In this document: positions 1 through 10,478 of the stretch, piece by piece | Layout of the letters: every line of letters starts with the position of its first letter | Position numbering within the stretch: position 1 is the stretch's first letter | Assembly: GCA_050175015.1 (NCBI GenBank) | Contig: JBFXJJ010000011.1 | Location: forward strand, 24,570-88,569 | Reading direction: 5' to 3' | DNA: 64,000 nucleotides | From: Alphaproteobacteria bacterium | GTDB taxonomy: Bacteria > Pseudomonadota > Alphaproteobacteria > JBFXJJ01 | Notes under the pieces: model-generated | What the model saw: only the letters and a program-made list of their open reading frames with translations | What the model was told of the DNA's origin: nothing | Databases searched by the model: none | Made by a program: the position numbers and the translations under genes

Positions 1-912
1 ATTCATCGGATTAAATCTTAAAAACAAGGTTTTCCAGTCATCAAACTTATCTGGGTATCTTTCTGGCAGCATTGAAAACGGCGAACAAATAAATACCGCC
101 CTTCTTGCACTTTCTGCTATAGAACGATAAAAACCATCGTTGTTATATCGGCTCATATCCAAAATAGCAACATCTCTAACTGAACCATCTTGATTTAAGT
201 ATGCCCTTATTTCAATTACCATATCTTCAACGCCTTTGGAACCAGCATCAAAATTCCAGCATTGCCTGATTTTTGCCGCAAGCGCATCTTTATCACTAAT
301 TGTTAATTCTCGCCCTAAGAAACCGCCACTTCCGCCCTCTATGCCTTCGTCCTCGGTTTCATCTGGTTCTTTTTCATCTTGCGGTCTTTCTTGAATCGAC
401 TTTTCAATCTTTTCAACCGACGCTAAAAGACTTTTCAAGCTTGGCTCAGGCTCTTTTTTGGTTTCCTTTTTGGGCGTGGTTTTGGGCTTGGGAGGCGTTG
501 GAGCTACTTTTTTTTCTGCTATTTTCTTAGGCTCTGTTTTTTTATCCTCTTTTTTAGCCTCAACCTCTTCTAACTTTGCCGCTTTGTCATCTATTTTAGG
601 CTGCTCTTTTTTAACCTCTGGTTTAGGATCGGGTTTTTTAGGCGGGACAAATTTAGGTTCGGCCTTTTTCTCAGCTTTTTTCTCTTCTTTAGGTGGTTCT
701 TTCTTTTCCGTTTCTTTGCTTACATTTTCTTTTTTCTTCTCAGCCTTAGGAGGAAGATTTGTAAATTCGCTGATTTTAACTTTGCTTAAATCAACAATCA
801 AAGGTGCCGTTGACGGTGCTATTTGATGCTGAACAAAACCAAAAAAGTCATAGCGAAATAACGCAAAGACTGCGGCATGCAAAATCAATGAATATCTAAG
901 CCCCCGCCCCAA
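1..912 (-). CDS. tolA: TolA cell envelope integrity protein (partial, runs off window start)
   Basis: Read manually: AGGAG RBS then TTG at 912, MGRGLRYSLILHAAVFALF (TM with SxxxH motif), long K/E/P-rich linker; directly follows tolR. Confidence 0.85.
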   Translation of the reverse strand, partial: MGRGLRYSLILHAAVFALFRYDFFGFVQHQIAPSTAPLIVDLSKVKISEFTNLPPKAEKKKENVSKETEKKEPPKEEKKAEKKAEPKFVPPKKPDPKPEVKKEQPKIDDKAAKLEEVEAKKEDKKTEPKKIAEKKVAPTPPKPKTTPKKETKKEPEPSLKSLLASVEKIEKSIQERPQDEKEPDETEDEGIEGGSGGFLGRELTISDKDALAAKIRQCWNFDAGSKGVEDMVIEIRAYLNQDGSVRDVAILDMSRYNNDGFYRSIAESARRAVFICSPFSMLPERYPDKFDDWKTLFLRFNPMN

Positions 913-929
913 AGCGTTATCTCCTAATT

Positions 930-1409
930 TTACTTTCTATTCTTGTTATTTTTCTGGTTATTATCTTTTTTTACAGATGCAGCCTCTGTCTGCAAAGCAA
1001 CACTCTCAAAACCAGATGATTTCAAAAATCCCATAAGTTCAATAATACGACCATAACTTGCGTCTTTATCGCCGCTTATAACTATTTTTATTTCAGGATT
1101 ATTGTTTTGGATTGCAATAATCTTAGGCACTAATTCATCATCAGCCACGACATCGGTACCAATATAAATATTATTTTCAGCATCAACGCTTATGTTTAAT
1201 GTTTTATCGCTGCCTTGAATATTTTCACTTTTAGCCTTAGGAAGCGTGAGCGGTATTCCTGTGGTTAAAAGCGGAGCTGTAATCATAAAGATAAACAGCA
1301 GAACAGACATAATATCTACCATCGGAGTAATATTAATATCACCCATAGTACGGCGCCGGCGCCCTCTTCTTCTTGCCTGCCTAGAGAGTGAATCTAATGA
1401 TACTGACAT
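930..1409 (-). CDS. tolR: TolR/ExbD family protein
   Basis: DINITPMVDIMSVLLFIFMITAP motif; in tolQRA cluster. Confidence 0.93.
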   Translation of the reverse strand: MSVSLDSLSRQARRRGRRRRTMGDINITPMVDIMSVLLFIFMITAPLLTTGIPLTLPKAKSENIQGSDKTLNISVDAENNIYIGTDVVADDELVPKIIAIQNNNPEIKIVISGDKDASYGRIIELMGFLKSSGFESVALQTEAASVKKDNNQKNNKNRK

Positions 1410-1416
1410 CTCTTAC

Positions 1417-2157
1417 TTATTCCTTGTTCTGCTTGTTTTGTTTGCTTGAAGTTTCATCAATATGCCTTGATAAAATTGAAGAAAACTCTCCTGAAAAATT
1501 TTCTAGTGTTCGGGAAAATCTATCAATATCGGTTGAGAGTTTATTATATCCCAAAACCGCAGGAATTGCGGCAATCAACCCCAAAGCTGTGGTAAATAAA
1601 GCTTCAGCCATACCAGGTGCTATAACCGCCAAAGACGTGTTTTGCGTCGCACCTATCGCCTGAAAACTATTAATAATGCCCCAAATAGTTCCAAAAAGAC
1701 CTACGAATGGAGCGGTTGAGCCAACTGATGCCAAGAAAGTCATATGTGTTTCGATACTTTCAATTTCCCTATCCAAAGCTATCTGCATAGCTCTTTCTAT
1801 TCTCTGCTGCAAGCTAACCCCTTGAACATTGGATTTTTCATCACCTGAGAAAAAATTAGTTTTGCGCAGCTCTTTCATTGCCGAAACAAAAATCACAGAC
1901 ATTGGATCATCTGGTCTGATACTAATCTTGTCATATAATTCATCTAAAGAACCACCTGACCAAAAACGCTCTTCAAACCTTTTAACTTTAGCCTTTAATG
2001 ATTTTAAATTAAGCCACTTGTCAAAGATAATTGCCCAAGACCAAACTGAAGCACCAATTAATGCTACCATAACAAGCTTCATCAAAAAATCAGACTGTTC
2101 AAAAAGCCCCGTGATTGATAAATCATTTGAAGTAACCGTGTTTAACATATTTTCCAT
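1417..2157 (-). CDS. tolQ: TolQ protein
   Basis: FLASVGSTAPFVGLFGTIWGI and APGMAEALFTTALGL motifs. Confidence 0.95.
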   Translation of the reverse strand: MENMLNTVTSNDLSITGLFEQSDFLMKLVMVALIGASVWSWAIIFDKWLNLKSLKAKVKRFEERFWSGGSLDELYDKISIRPDDPMSVIFVSAMKELRKTNFFSGDEKSNVQGVSLQQRIERAMQIALDREIESIETHMTFLASVGSTAPFVGLFGTIWGIINSFQAIGATQNTSLAVIAPGMAEALFTTALGLIAAIPAVLGYNKLSTDIDRFSRTLENFSGEFSSILSRHIDETSSKQNKQNKE

Positions 2158-2176
2158 TTTTTCTGCCTTAATTTTT

Positions 2177-2629
2177 CTAAATCAACTTTTCTAATGCACT
2201 TTTTACATCATCTAAAAGCCTTGAAGGTTTGCCATCATTCAACTTAATACAAGCCAATTTCACTTTAAATACAACTAGTAAATTTTCATCTTTAAAAATA
2301 TTTTGCTCCATAGTTAAAGATGCGCCCTTTATTTCAACGACTTTGGTAAAAACATTTAAAGCGTCATCTAATCTTGCCGGCTGCTTATAGTCAATCTCAC
2401 AAGTTTTAACTGCAAATGCGACTTGTTCTCCATTGCTATTAAATAAGCGGCTATTGTTAAAGCCCAACGTCCTAAGAAGTTCACTTCTTGCTCTTTCTGC
2501 AAACTTAAGATAATTCGCATAATATACTATCCCGCCAGCATCAGTGTCTTCATAGAATACTCTTACAGGATAATTATGTAATTTTTGGTAAATTTTTCCT
2601 GAAGAAGGATATATTTTTTCGTTACTCAT
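2177..2629 (-). CDS. ybgC: Tol-Pal-associated acyl-CoA thioesterase
   Basis: [27 protein letters not shown]; position upstream of tolQ. Confidence 0.93.
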   Translation of the reverse strand: MSNEKIYPSSGKIYQKLHNYPVRVFYEDTDAGGIVYYANYLKFAERARSELLRTLGFNNSRLFNSNGEQVAFAVKTCEIDYKQPARLDDALNVFTKVVEIKGASLTMEQNIFKDENLLVVFKVKLACIKLNDGKPSRLLDDVKSALEKLI

Positions 2630-3695
2630 CTAAGCCATCACCATCTATCTTTAAACTTAATTGGTATTTAGAATTTTGAATAGGCTCCAAACCAAGATGT
2701 CTGAATCCTTTATCAGAAACCATTCTGCCCCGAGATGTCCTTAAAAGAAAACCTATTTGCAGCAAAAATGGCTCGACAACATCTTCAATGGTATCTCTTT
2801 CTTCGGCTAGAACTGCCGCTAAGGCATCAACACCGACTGGACCGCCCTTATAATTATCAGCTATGCAAAACAGATACCTGCGATCCATCGCATCTAACCC
2901 TAAGGCATCAACTTCCAAACGCAACAACGCCTCATCGGCTATTTGAGCATTAATCTCACCTTCGCCAAGTGATACGCCAAAGTCTCTAACCCTTCTTAAA
3001 AGTCTGCCTGCTATTCTAGGTGTACCTCTTGAGCGTTTGGCAACTTCTCTTGCCCCTTCGGAGCTAATCTCAAGCTTCATTAAAGCACTGGCACGCAAAA
3101 TAATTTTTTCAAGTTCAGATGTTTCATAAAAATTAAGTCTTAATGGTATGCCGAAACGCTCTCTAAGCGGTGTTGTTAGAAGCCCTGAACGTGTTGTTGC
3201 TCCAACCAACGTAAACGGAGATAAATCGATTTTAACAGAGCGAGCGGCTGGACCTTCACCAATAATCAAATCAAGCTGAAAATCTTCCATAGCAGAATAT
3301 AAAACTTCTTCCACCTGAGAAGGAAGCCGATGAATTTCATCGATAAAAAGCACATCATTAGGTTCAAGATTAGTTAAAATAGCCGCCAAATCACCTGATT
3401 TAGAAATCATTGGTCCAGAAGTTGATTTAAAACCAACCCCCATCTCGTGCGATATGATTCTAGCCAGCGTTGTTTTACCTAATCCAGGGGGACCATATAA
3501 CAAAACGTGATCCAAGGCTTCATTTCTTTTTTTCGCCGCATCAATAAAAACCTTGAGGTTGGAGCAAACAAGATCCTGACCGATAAAATCTGATAAAAGA
3601 TTAGGACGTAAAGCATTACTTGCAGGATTATCAAAACTTAATCCTTCAAAGTCGTTATCGTTTTCTTGAGGTGAAACAAGGCGTTCTTTATTCAT
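2622..3695 (-). CDS. ruvB: Holliday junction helicase RuvB
   Basis: GPPGLGKTT Walker [17 protein letters not shown]. Confidence 0.97.
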   Translation of the reverse strand: MNKERLVSPQENDNDFEGLSFDNPASNALRPNLLSDFIGQDLVCSNLKVFIDAAKKRNEALDHVLLYGPPGLGKTTLARIISHEMGVGFKSTSGPMISKSGDLAAILTNLEPNDVLFIDEIHRLPSQVEEVLYSAMEDFQLDLIIGEGPAARSVKIDLSPFTLVGATTRSGLLTTPLRERFGIPLRLNFYETSELEKIILRASALMKLEISSEGAREVAKRSRGTPRIAGRLLRRVRDFGVSLGEGEINAQIADEALLRLEVDALGLDAMDRRYLFCIADNYKGGPVGVDALAAVLAEERDTIEDVVEPFLLQIGFLLRTSRGRMVSDKGFRHLGLEPIQNSKYQLSLKIDGDGLDE

Positions 3696-3700
3696 ATCAA

Positions 3701-4324
3701 CTACTCTTTATTTCCTATTTCTTTCAATGCTAATTTAATTAACGCAGAAACCTTAATATCTTCTTTAGATTCACTCAAAACTTTCGAAACATAGATATAT
3801 GCTTCTGAGCGTTGATAGCCCAAATTAACCAAAGCCGAAACCGCATCATCAAAAACACTGGATTTAGCAGAAGATGTTTGTCCCGCAGGAGCTTGCGGCA
3901 TAACATAACTAGCAGAAGCGGCAACTTCAGGCTTGTCTTTAAGTTCGGTTATAATGCGCAAGGCAATTTTGGCACCAACGCCGTCGGCTTTAGATATTGC
4001 ATTTTTATCCGCAGCAATAATTGCTTCTGCAATCTTATCTGGCGTCATAACCGATAAAATCGCCATAGCGACCTTAGCGCCAACCCCTTGAACCTTAGTT
4101 AAAATTAAAAACCACTTTTTTTCTTCTTCTTTGGCAAAACCATAAAGATGAATATGATCTTCTCTAACGTGAGTTTCAATAAAGAGTGAAGCCGCCCCAC
4201 CTTTAGACGGCAGCTGCGACAAAGTTTTGGCAGAAGCAAAGACCAAATAGCCGACGCCGCCCACATCAATGACCACGAAATCATCGCCGATACTATCAAT
4301 TATACCTTTTAACTTCGCAATCAT
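3701..4324 (-). CDS. ruvA: Holliday junction branch migration protein RuvA
   Basis: [18 protein letters not shown], HhH GVGAK repeats, ALVNLGY. Confidence 0.96.
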   Translation of the reverse strand: MIAKLKGIIDSIGDDFVVIDVGGVGYLVFASAKTLSQLPSKGGAASLFIETHVREDHIHLYGFAKEEEKKWFLILTKVQGVGAKVAMAILSVMTPDKIAEAIIAADKNAISKADGVGAKIALRIITELKDKPEVAASASYVMPQAPAGQTSSAKSSVFDDAVSALVNLGYQRSEAYIYVSKVLSESKEDIKVSALIKLALKEIGNKE

Positions 4325-4373
4325 TTTTTAACCTCATAACTTTAATTTTTTTAAAGAATACTTAACCTGTTAG

Positions 4374-4898
4374 CTATCTAGCCTCTTTAACGTTATCAAC
4401 CAAAGTTCTGACCCCGCTTTTCTTTATCTTGCCTATGGCAGAGTGAGCATGACAAATTGCTGCCGCTAAAGCATCGGCGCTATCGGGAGATTTATGCTTA
4501 TATTCAGGAAGCAGAACCTTAATCATCATTGCTATTTGCTGCTTGGCTGCGTGTCCTGTTCCGACGACAGTTTTTTTTATTTCGTTAGGAGAGTATTCAA
4601 ACACCTGCAAACCGTGAAGAGCCGAGGATAAAATAGCCGCTCCTCTAGCTTGTGATAGTTTAAGCGTTGAAACGGGATTTTTATTAATAAATATTTCCTC
4701 GATTGCGACCTCTTGCGGTTCAAATCGGCTTATAACATCTGATAATTCATTGTGAATTGTAAGCAATCTTTTGGAAATAGAATCTTCGGCACTCGTTTTG
4801 ATAACACCATCAGAGACATATTTTAATCTACTATTTGCAAAATCAATAATGCCCCAGCCAGTTTTATTAAGACCAGGATCTATTCCCAAAAAACGCAT
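4374..4898 (-). CDS. ruvC: Crossover junction endodeoxyribonuclease RuvC
   Basis: LGIDPG, DSADALAAAICH motifs. Confidence 0.96.
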   Translation of the reverse strand: MRFLGIDPGLNKTGWGIIDFANSRLKYVSDGVIKTSAEDSISKRLLTIHNELSDVISRFEPQEVAIEEIFINKNPVSTLKLSQARGAAILSSALHGLQVFEYSPNEIKKTVVGTGHAAKQQIAMMIKVLLPEYKHKSPDSADALAAAICHAHSAIGKIKKSGVRTLVDNVKEAR

Positions 4899-4910
4899 TA
4901 AATCTAATTT

Positions 4911-5663
4911 TTAACCTTCAATGATTTTTAAAATTTCATCAGAAATATCGTAGTTGGCACAAACTCTTTGAACGTCATCATCATCTTCTAAGACTTCAAG
5001 AAAGTTAAAGAATTTTCTAGCCTGTTCCTCATCAAGAGGAGCTGTTACATTAGGTTTCCAATCAAGTCTAGCCGCCGAAGGGGAACCAAATTGTTTTTCT
5101 AAAGCGTCTCTAACATTATTCAAATCGTCAGGTGAAGTCATAATTTCATGACCGTCATCATCATCAGATATAACATCATTAGCACCAGCTTCTAATGCGG
5201 CTTCGAACATCGCTTCAGCACTAGCAACCTCTTTAGGATATGAAATATATCCGATTCGCTCAAAGTTAAACGCAACCGAATTGCTTTCGCCAAGATTACC
5301 GCCGAATTTACCAAAAGTCGATCTCACAACTGAAGCTGTACGATTACGATTATCTGTTAAAGCCTCAACAATAACCGCAACATTGCCAGGACCATAGCCC
5401 TCGTAACGCACTTCTTGATAATCTTCAGAACCTTGAGATGGATCGGCTTTTGCGATTGCTCTTTCAATATTATCCCTAGGCATATTTTGTTGACGGGCAG
5501 CTTGGATTGCAGCACGAAGTCTAGGGTTTTTATCCGGTTCAGGTATACCTGCTTTAGCTGCAACGGTTATTTCTCTTGCTAATTTTGAAAAAACTTTAGC
5601 TTTCCTTTTATCTTGCGCCCCTTTTCTGAACATAATGTTCTTAAACTGTGAATGACCGGACAT
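4911..5663 (-). CDS. yebC: YebC/PmpR family protein
   Basis: MSGHSQFKNI, YEGYGPG, TDNRNRT motifs. Confidence 0.95.
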   Translation of the reverse strand: MSGHSQFKNIMFRKGAQDKRKAKVFSKLAREITVAAKAGIPEPDKNPRLRAAIQAARQQNMPRDNIERAIAKADPSQGSEDYQEVRYEGYGPGNVAVIVEALTDNRNRTASVVRSTFGKFGGNLGESNSVAFNFERIGYISYPKEVASAEAMFEAALEAGANDVISDDDDGHEIMTSPDDLNNVRDALEKQFGSPSAARLDWKPNVTAPLDEEQARKFFNFLEVLEDDDDVQRVCANYDISDEILKIIEG

Positions 5664-5856
5664 ATAACCTCCAAAAAAATGAAAACTTATAATGAATTAA
5701 TAAACATAAAAAACACAGCTGAGCAGCTATGTTGTACTTTTGTACTGTTTTTTACCATATCTCATTTATAAGGTCTAGAGGCTTTGCAAAAAATAAACAT
5801 CAAAAAAGCTAGTTTTTATCAATAAAATGGCAAATTTAAGGAAGATATCGTGGTGT

Positions 5857-6204
5857 TTAATTATCTATAAGGCTCAAAAGCTTGCGAATTTTTAAAACAT
5901 TTTCTTTGATTAGTGATTTTTTTTGCAAATCATTAGCTGGAGAAACAATGACCGTATTAATACTTTCAAACGCCTGATTAATCTCAGCAACAACATCTCC
6001 AGCCCCAGCAATTCCTGCGATAAAAGGCATAATATCAATCAAAACAGCATTAACAACATCGTGCGCATTAGCTATGCTTTTAGAAATTTGAGACTTATTC
6101 TCTTCAAAAGACTTACTTTCTTTAAAAAAAGATAAGACTTTATCTAATTCTCCATAAACAGGAAACATTCTAGTAACAGGTATATCTTTTTGTTCTTGCT
6201 GCAA
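5857..6204 (-). CDS. Hypothetical helical protein
   Basis: 115 aa ORF with AAGGAG RBS upstream of TTG; no family recognised. Confidence 0.55.
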   Translation of the reverse strand: MQQEQKDIPVTRMFPVYGELDKVLSFFKESKSFEENKSQISKSIANAHDVVNAVLIDIMPFIAGIAGAGDVVAEINQAFESINTVIVSPANDLQKKSLIKENVLKIRKLLSLIDN

Positions 6205-6237
6205 AACCGCGTCTCCTTATACTTAAAATTTATAGGT

Positions 6238-7155
6238 TTAAAAACTTTTACCAGTATCTTTCATTCTTTTGGTCAAACCTAACCAAGCTGTTGTTTGAGT
6301 AAAATACTTTTTTAATCCCGATGGATAATCGACAACGGCATCAGCAAATCGTCCTTTGCCATTAAAAAAGCTGCTTAACCTTATTTTCTGAATTAAAATC
6401 TTTATTTTATTTATTTGGTGTTTTGCTAGAACTGTTCCCAACATAGCGTGTGGTTTATCCTGCTTCTTATGTCCTTCAACTAAAACCGTATTAAGTCCGG
6501 CTTTTTTAGCAAAATAAATATCTTGGTAAATATTATCTCCCATCATTACCGCCTCTTTAGGAGCAATTTTTAAATCATCAACAATTTTAGAATATGTATC
6601 GGCTGATGACTTCGGAAATCTTTCTAACAATTTTATCTTAGCCCACTCGGAACTTGGGTGTTTGGCTTCAGCTTCTTGCTGCCCGCCATCTCTATTATCT
6701 TTAACGGCATAAATAGTATCAAACAAACCTTCTAAACCTGCCGCTTTAAGCTTATCAACGGTAAATGATGCCGGCCCTGCCGTAAACAACACCAGTTTTT
6801 TTCCTTGTTTTTTCAAACCTTGCAGTGTTTCCAAGGTTTCTTTCTCGGGTTTACAGGTATTCTTTAGAACCGTTTTGGCAGCAGCTATTTCTTTTTCGAA
6901 TTTTTTAGTTAAATCTTCATAGGGGAATTTATTTGCAAGCCCTTTATGAAGATTTAAAACATCCTCAAATTGAAATATTCCTTTTTGCAAATAAAGCTCA
7001 TTAAATCCTTTTGCAACTTCACTCTCTGACATACCGGCAGCTTTTGCTATACCCGTTACCAAAGTATTTACATAATGTGAATAAGAATATGCAAATGGTA
7101 TTAATGTGTCATCAAGATCAGTGATTACAGCCTTTATATCATTAAAATCTGTCAT
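6238..7155 (-). CDS. HAD-superfamily hydrolase
   Basis: Motif I DLDDTL, motif IV GDNIYQD; basic C-terminal extension. Confidence 0.85.
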   Translation of the reverse strand: MTDFNDIKAVITDLDDTLIPFAYSYSHYVNTLVTGIAKAAGMSESEVAKGFNELYLQKGIFQFEDVLNLHKGLANKFPYEDLTKKFEKEIAAAKTVLKNTCKPEKETLETLQGLKKQGKKLVLFTAGPASFTVDKLKAAGLEGLFDTIYAVKDNRDGGQQEAEAKHPSSEWAKIKLLERFPKSSADTYSKIVDDLKIAPKEAVMMGDNIYQDIYFAKKAGLNTVLVEGHKKQDKPHAMLGTVLAKHQINKIKILIQKIRLSSFFNGKGRFADAVVDYPSGLKKYFTQTTAWLGLTKRMKDTGKSF

Positions 7156-7277
7156 AAAATATAAACCTTAAAAGCAATATTGAACTTACATTTTAGCCTA
7201 ATGTACAAAAAAGTCAATATTTTTGTCCTACAGAAATACAGGATAGAAAAACAGATATCAATATTTGATTTTATCGC

Positions 7278-8087
7278 TTAGTCTGTAGGCTGGAGCTTAC
7301 CACCTATTCTTATGGGCTTCACTCTAGTTGCAAGGCCTGTTTTGTCATCAGTTTCAACGTAAACTCCGCAGAAAGTTCCTTCCTCAGTAGCAGGAACGAG
7401 CTTTCCTAGTTTAACCCCTTTAACAAAACGATTAATTGGTTCTTCCTTTTGCATACCTATTACAGAATCATAATCACCACACATACCAACATCAGTCATA
7501 TATGCCGTACCTTTACTAAGTATATGTAAATCGGCGGTAGGAATATGAGTATGCGTTCCAACAACCAATGAAGCACGACCATCACAAAAATGTCCGAATG
7601 CAACTTTTTCACTTGTTGCCTCAGCGTGAAAATCGACAATAACCGCAGAGATACCATTACGCCCCAAAGGATACTTTTCAAAAATTTTCTCAATAGTTTT
7701 AAATGGACAATCAATCGGATCCAGAAACAATCGTCCCATAACTTGCACAACCAGAACTTTTTTGCCGCTAGATGTTTCAAAAACACCATATCCCTTACCT
7801 TCTAAGCCTTCAGGATAATTAAGAGGTCTGATTAATTTGGGCTGCGTATTTATATAAGAGATGATTTCCTTTTGATCCCAAGTGTGATTACCAAGCGTAA
7901 TAACATCAACGCCTATTTTAAAGAACTCTTCGCAAAATTTAGCTGTAATTCCAAAGCCGTGAGCCGCATTTTCGCCATTAACAACCACAAAATCTAAAGA
8001 CAATTTCTTTTTTAAATAAGGCATATTGCCCATAATAACATCTCGACCAGAACGCCCGACAACATCTCCACAGAAAAGGATTTTCAT
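7278..8087 (-). CDS. YmdB-like metallophosphoesterase (TIGR00282 family)
   Basis: GDVVGRSGR, NGENAAHG, GNHTWD, DFHAEATSEK, GTHTHIPT. Confidence 0.93.
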   Translation of the reverse strand: MKILFCGDVVGRSGRDVIMGNMPYLKKKLSLDFVVVNGENAAHGFGITAKFCEEFFKIGVDVITLGNHTWDQKEIISYINTQPKLIRPLNYPEGLEGKGYGVFETSSGKKVLVVQVMGRLFLDPIDCPFKTIEKIFEKYPLGRNGISAVIVDFHAEATSEKVAFGHFCDGRASLVVGTHTHIPTADLHILSKGTAYMTDVGMCGDYDSVIGMQKEEPINRFVKGVKLGKLVPATEEGTFCGVYVETDDKTGLATRVKPIRIGGKLQPTD

Positions 8088-8264
8088 TAAACCTCTAAAA
8101 GTTATTTATTAAGATAAAAGAAAAGCTTTCAACTTTTTGCCCCTAGTCATATTTAGGCTTCATATTTTAAGTTTTTGCTTTATTTTTATCCTTCTGGTTA
8201 CACATTAATTTACTATTTAACACAATGAGCTATGAATCTCAAGTTTGTTAACTTTGAATAATCT

Positions 8265-8840
8265 TTAGGTGATTTTGATCACTTCTTTCTCTGTTACAAT
8301 ATAAGCCATTTTTTCATCACCTTCTTCACAAGGTATTGTCGCAACTTCTTGCATAGCATAACCAACCCCAACAATTTTCACTTGAGGTTTAATCTTTTTT
8401 ATTTTTGCTATTGTTTTATCGTAGTATCCTCCGCCGTAACCCAAACGGTTTCCCTGTCTGTCAAAAGCAACTAATGGCAAAAACATAACATCAGGAACAA
8501 CATTTTCAACATTGCTTGGTTCCAAAATGCCAAACTCTCTTGTGGTCAAAACCGTATCTAACGACCATCTCGCAAAAATTAAAGGTTCCCCTTTTTTTTC
8601 AACAACAGGAAGCGCAGCTTCACTTTTTTCATCTTCAATATCAAACATTAAAGAGGAAATATCTACCTCACCTTTTATAGGAAAATATAAAGAAAAAACT
8701 TTATGCTTTTGTCCTTTTATAAATTGTTCTAATATCTTTTCGGCAATAGCCAAAGACGCTTTACTGCCTGATTTGCTTGCAAATGAAACTCTTTGTTTTA
8801 GCATATCGGCTCTTATTTGTTTTTTTTGTTCTAAAATCAT
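8265..8840 (-). CDS. ygfA: 5-formyltetrahydrofolate cyclo-ligase
   Basis: PLVAFDRQGNRLGYGGGYYD motif. Confidence 0.93.
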   Translation of the reverse strand: MILEQKKQIRADMLKQRVSFASKSGSKASLAIAEKILEQFIKGQKHKVFSLYFPIKGEVDISSLMFDIEDEKSEAALPVVEKKGEPLIFARWSLDTVLTTREFGILEPSNVENVVPDVMFLPLVAFDRQGNRLGYGGGYYDKTIAKIKKIKPQVKIVGVGYAMQEVATIPCEEGDEKMAYIVTEKEVIKIT

Positions 8841-8869
8841 TTTGATGTTCTTAATGAAGGTTAAATTTT

Positions 8870-9814
8870 ATGATGTCTCGTACTTTTAAACACGTATATG
8901 GACCAATAATATCAAAACGCTTAGGGAGATCCCTCGGTCTTGATATTATACCATTTAAAGTTTGTACTTATGATTGCATCTACTGTCAATTAGGCTTTAC
9001 AAAAGAAAAAACAAATATCCGCAAAGAATATGTCAATGTTTCAGATGTTTTAAATGAGCTAAAGCAAAAACTTTCAACCTGTCCTGACCCTGACTATATC
9101 AGCATCGTAGGTTCTGGAGAACCGACACTTAACAGCAAAATTGGAGAACTTATTGCTGAAATAAAAAAAATATCTGCCGTGCCGGTTGCGGTTATTACCA
9201 ATGGTTCCCTATTATACTTAGAAGAAGTAAGAAACGAGCTTATGCAAGCTGACTTAGTAATCCCTTCTCTTGATGTCGGTGATGAGGCGATGTTTTCTAA
9301 GGTTAATCAACCTCATAAAGATTTAAGTTTTGATATTATGGTAGATGGAATTGCTGAATTTACTAAAAAATTTAACGGACAAGTCTGGCTCGAAGTTCTT
9401 CTTTTATCCGAAATAACCGATACCCATGACAGTGTGAAAAGAATTGCTGCCGCCTCAAATAAAATTAACCCAGACCGTGTTCAAATAAGTACTGTTTCAA
9501 GACCTCCTGCGGATAGCAATCTAAAACCATCATCTCTCGAGCACCTAGAAACAATAAAATCTTATTTTAACAGCCAAGTAGATATCATTTATCATACTCC
9601 TGACAGTAAAAAAAATGAGGAAAAACACCTATCTAATTCTGAAGATTTAATTATTGACCTAATCGAGCGTCATGCCAGTTCTGATATTGATATCGCCAAA
9701 GGATTAGGGATTAATTATAATGAAACACAAGAACTTTTAAAAAAGTTGCTCCAAGACGGCAAAATAACAACGATTAACAAATACGGAAAAACTTTTTACA
9801 GTCCCAATTCTTAG
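8870..9814 (+). CDS. Radical SAM protein (COG0731-like Fe-S oxidoreductase) with probable C-terminal wHTH
   Basis: YGPIISKRLGRSLG, CTYDCIYC (CxxxCxxC), GSGEPTL, VITNGSLL. Confidence 0.88.
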   Translation: MMSRTFKHVYGPIISKRLGRSLGLDIIPFKVCTYDCIYCQLGFTKEKTNIRKEYVNVSDVLNELKQKLSTCPDPDYISIVGSGEPTLNSKIGELIAEIKKISAVPVAVITNGSLLYLEEVRNELMQADLVIPSLDVGDEAMFSKVNQPHKDLSFDIMVDGIAEFTKKFNGQVWLEVLLLSEITDTHDSVKRIAAASNKINPDRVQISTVSRPPADSNLKPSSLEHLETIKSYFNSQVDIIYHTPDSKKNEEKHLSNSEDLIIDLIERHASSDIDIAKGLGINYNETQELLKKLLQDGKITTINKYGKTFYSPNS

Positions 9815-9928
9815 CCCATAACTAAGACAAGTTTCTGTTATATGATTTATCAAAAATTTAAATCGAAATACAAAACTTTACAAAATTAGATTAGAAAGAG
9901 ATTAGAAGAAGCGAAGCTCTATAAAAAT

Positions 9929-10090
9929 GAGGCACCCCCACCAAAGCCGTAATGCGAAAGTCTCGTGAACCCACACTCAAAAAGTGGGCACCGTATAATA
10001 AGACCAGGATCTTATCAGTGACAGCTCCCTATATATACACATTGGTTCTCGGACGTTGTGCGGAAATACGAACCCAGCAGCAAGCACCTC
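9929..10090 (-). ncRNA. ssrS: 6S RNA
   Basis: Directly downstream of zapA; ends pair (GAGGTGC...GGTGCCTC); alphaproteobacterial 6S-like core AGGGAGCTGTCACTG...CGGTGCCCAC; ~160 nt. Confidence 0.8.
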
Positions 10091-10100
10091 AATTAATATA

Positions 10101-10475
10101 TTAAGGCTTTTCAATCTTTTGAGCAATAGAATATATTTTCTCGGCAAGATTATTTATTTTGCTGCTAATGTCGTTATCTATGCCTGCAACTAATTCCTCT
10201 ATGGCTGCTTGTTTTTGGTTTTCTAATTGTGCTACATCGACAGCTGGTTCGTCACCATTTGAGATTTTCTTGCTTTTAGTTTCTTGGAGTTCATCAGCAA
10301 TTTGTAGGCAAGTCATAACCAATAATAACGGCTCACTGATATGCCCTAAAGCATCAGTCAACTCTTCTGCTCTTTCATTAACGTAATGACTCAGATTTAA
10401 AAGATGTTCTCTTTCTTCATTCTCACAAGCAACTTTATATATTCTGCCGCTAATGGTTAATTCAACTAATGCCAT
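10101..10475 (-). CDS. zapA: Cell division protein ZapA
   Basis: VELTISGRIYKVACENEE, LLVMTCLQIADEL; next to ssrS. Confidence 0.88.
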   Translation of the reverse strand: MALVELTISGRIYKVACENEEREHLLNLSHYVNERAEELTDALGHISEPLLLVMTCLQIADELQETKSKKISNGDEPAVDVAQLENQKQAAIEELVAGIDNDISSKINNLAEKIYSIAQKIEKP

Positions 10476-10478
10476 TTT

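Noticed and set aside
300-826. Plus-strand hydrophobic ORFs 300-530 and 458-826
   Set aside because: Antisense shadows of the K/E/P-rich tolA linker
5731-5745. GTTG-N7-GTAC as an SOS box for yebC-ruvCAB
   Set aside because: Both half-sites deviate from GTTC-N7-GTTC; too weak to call
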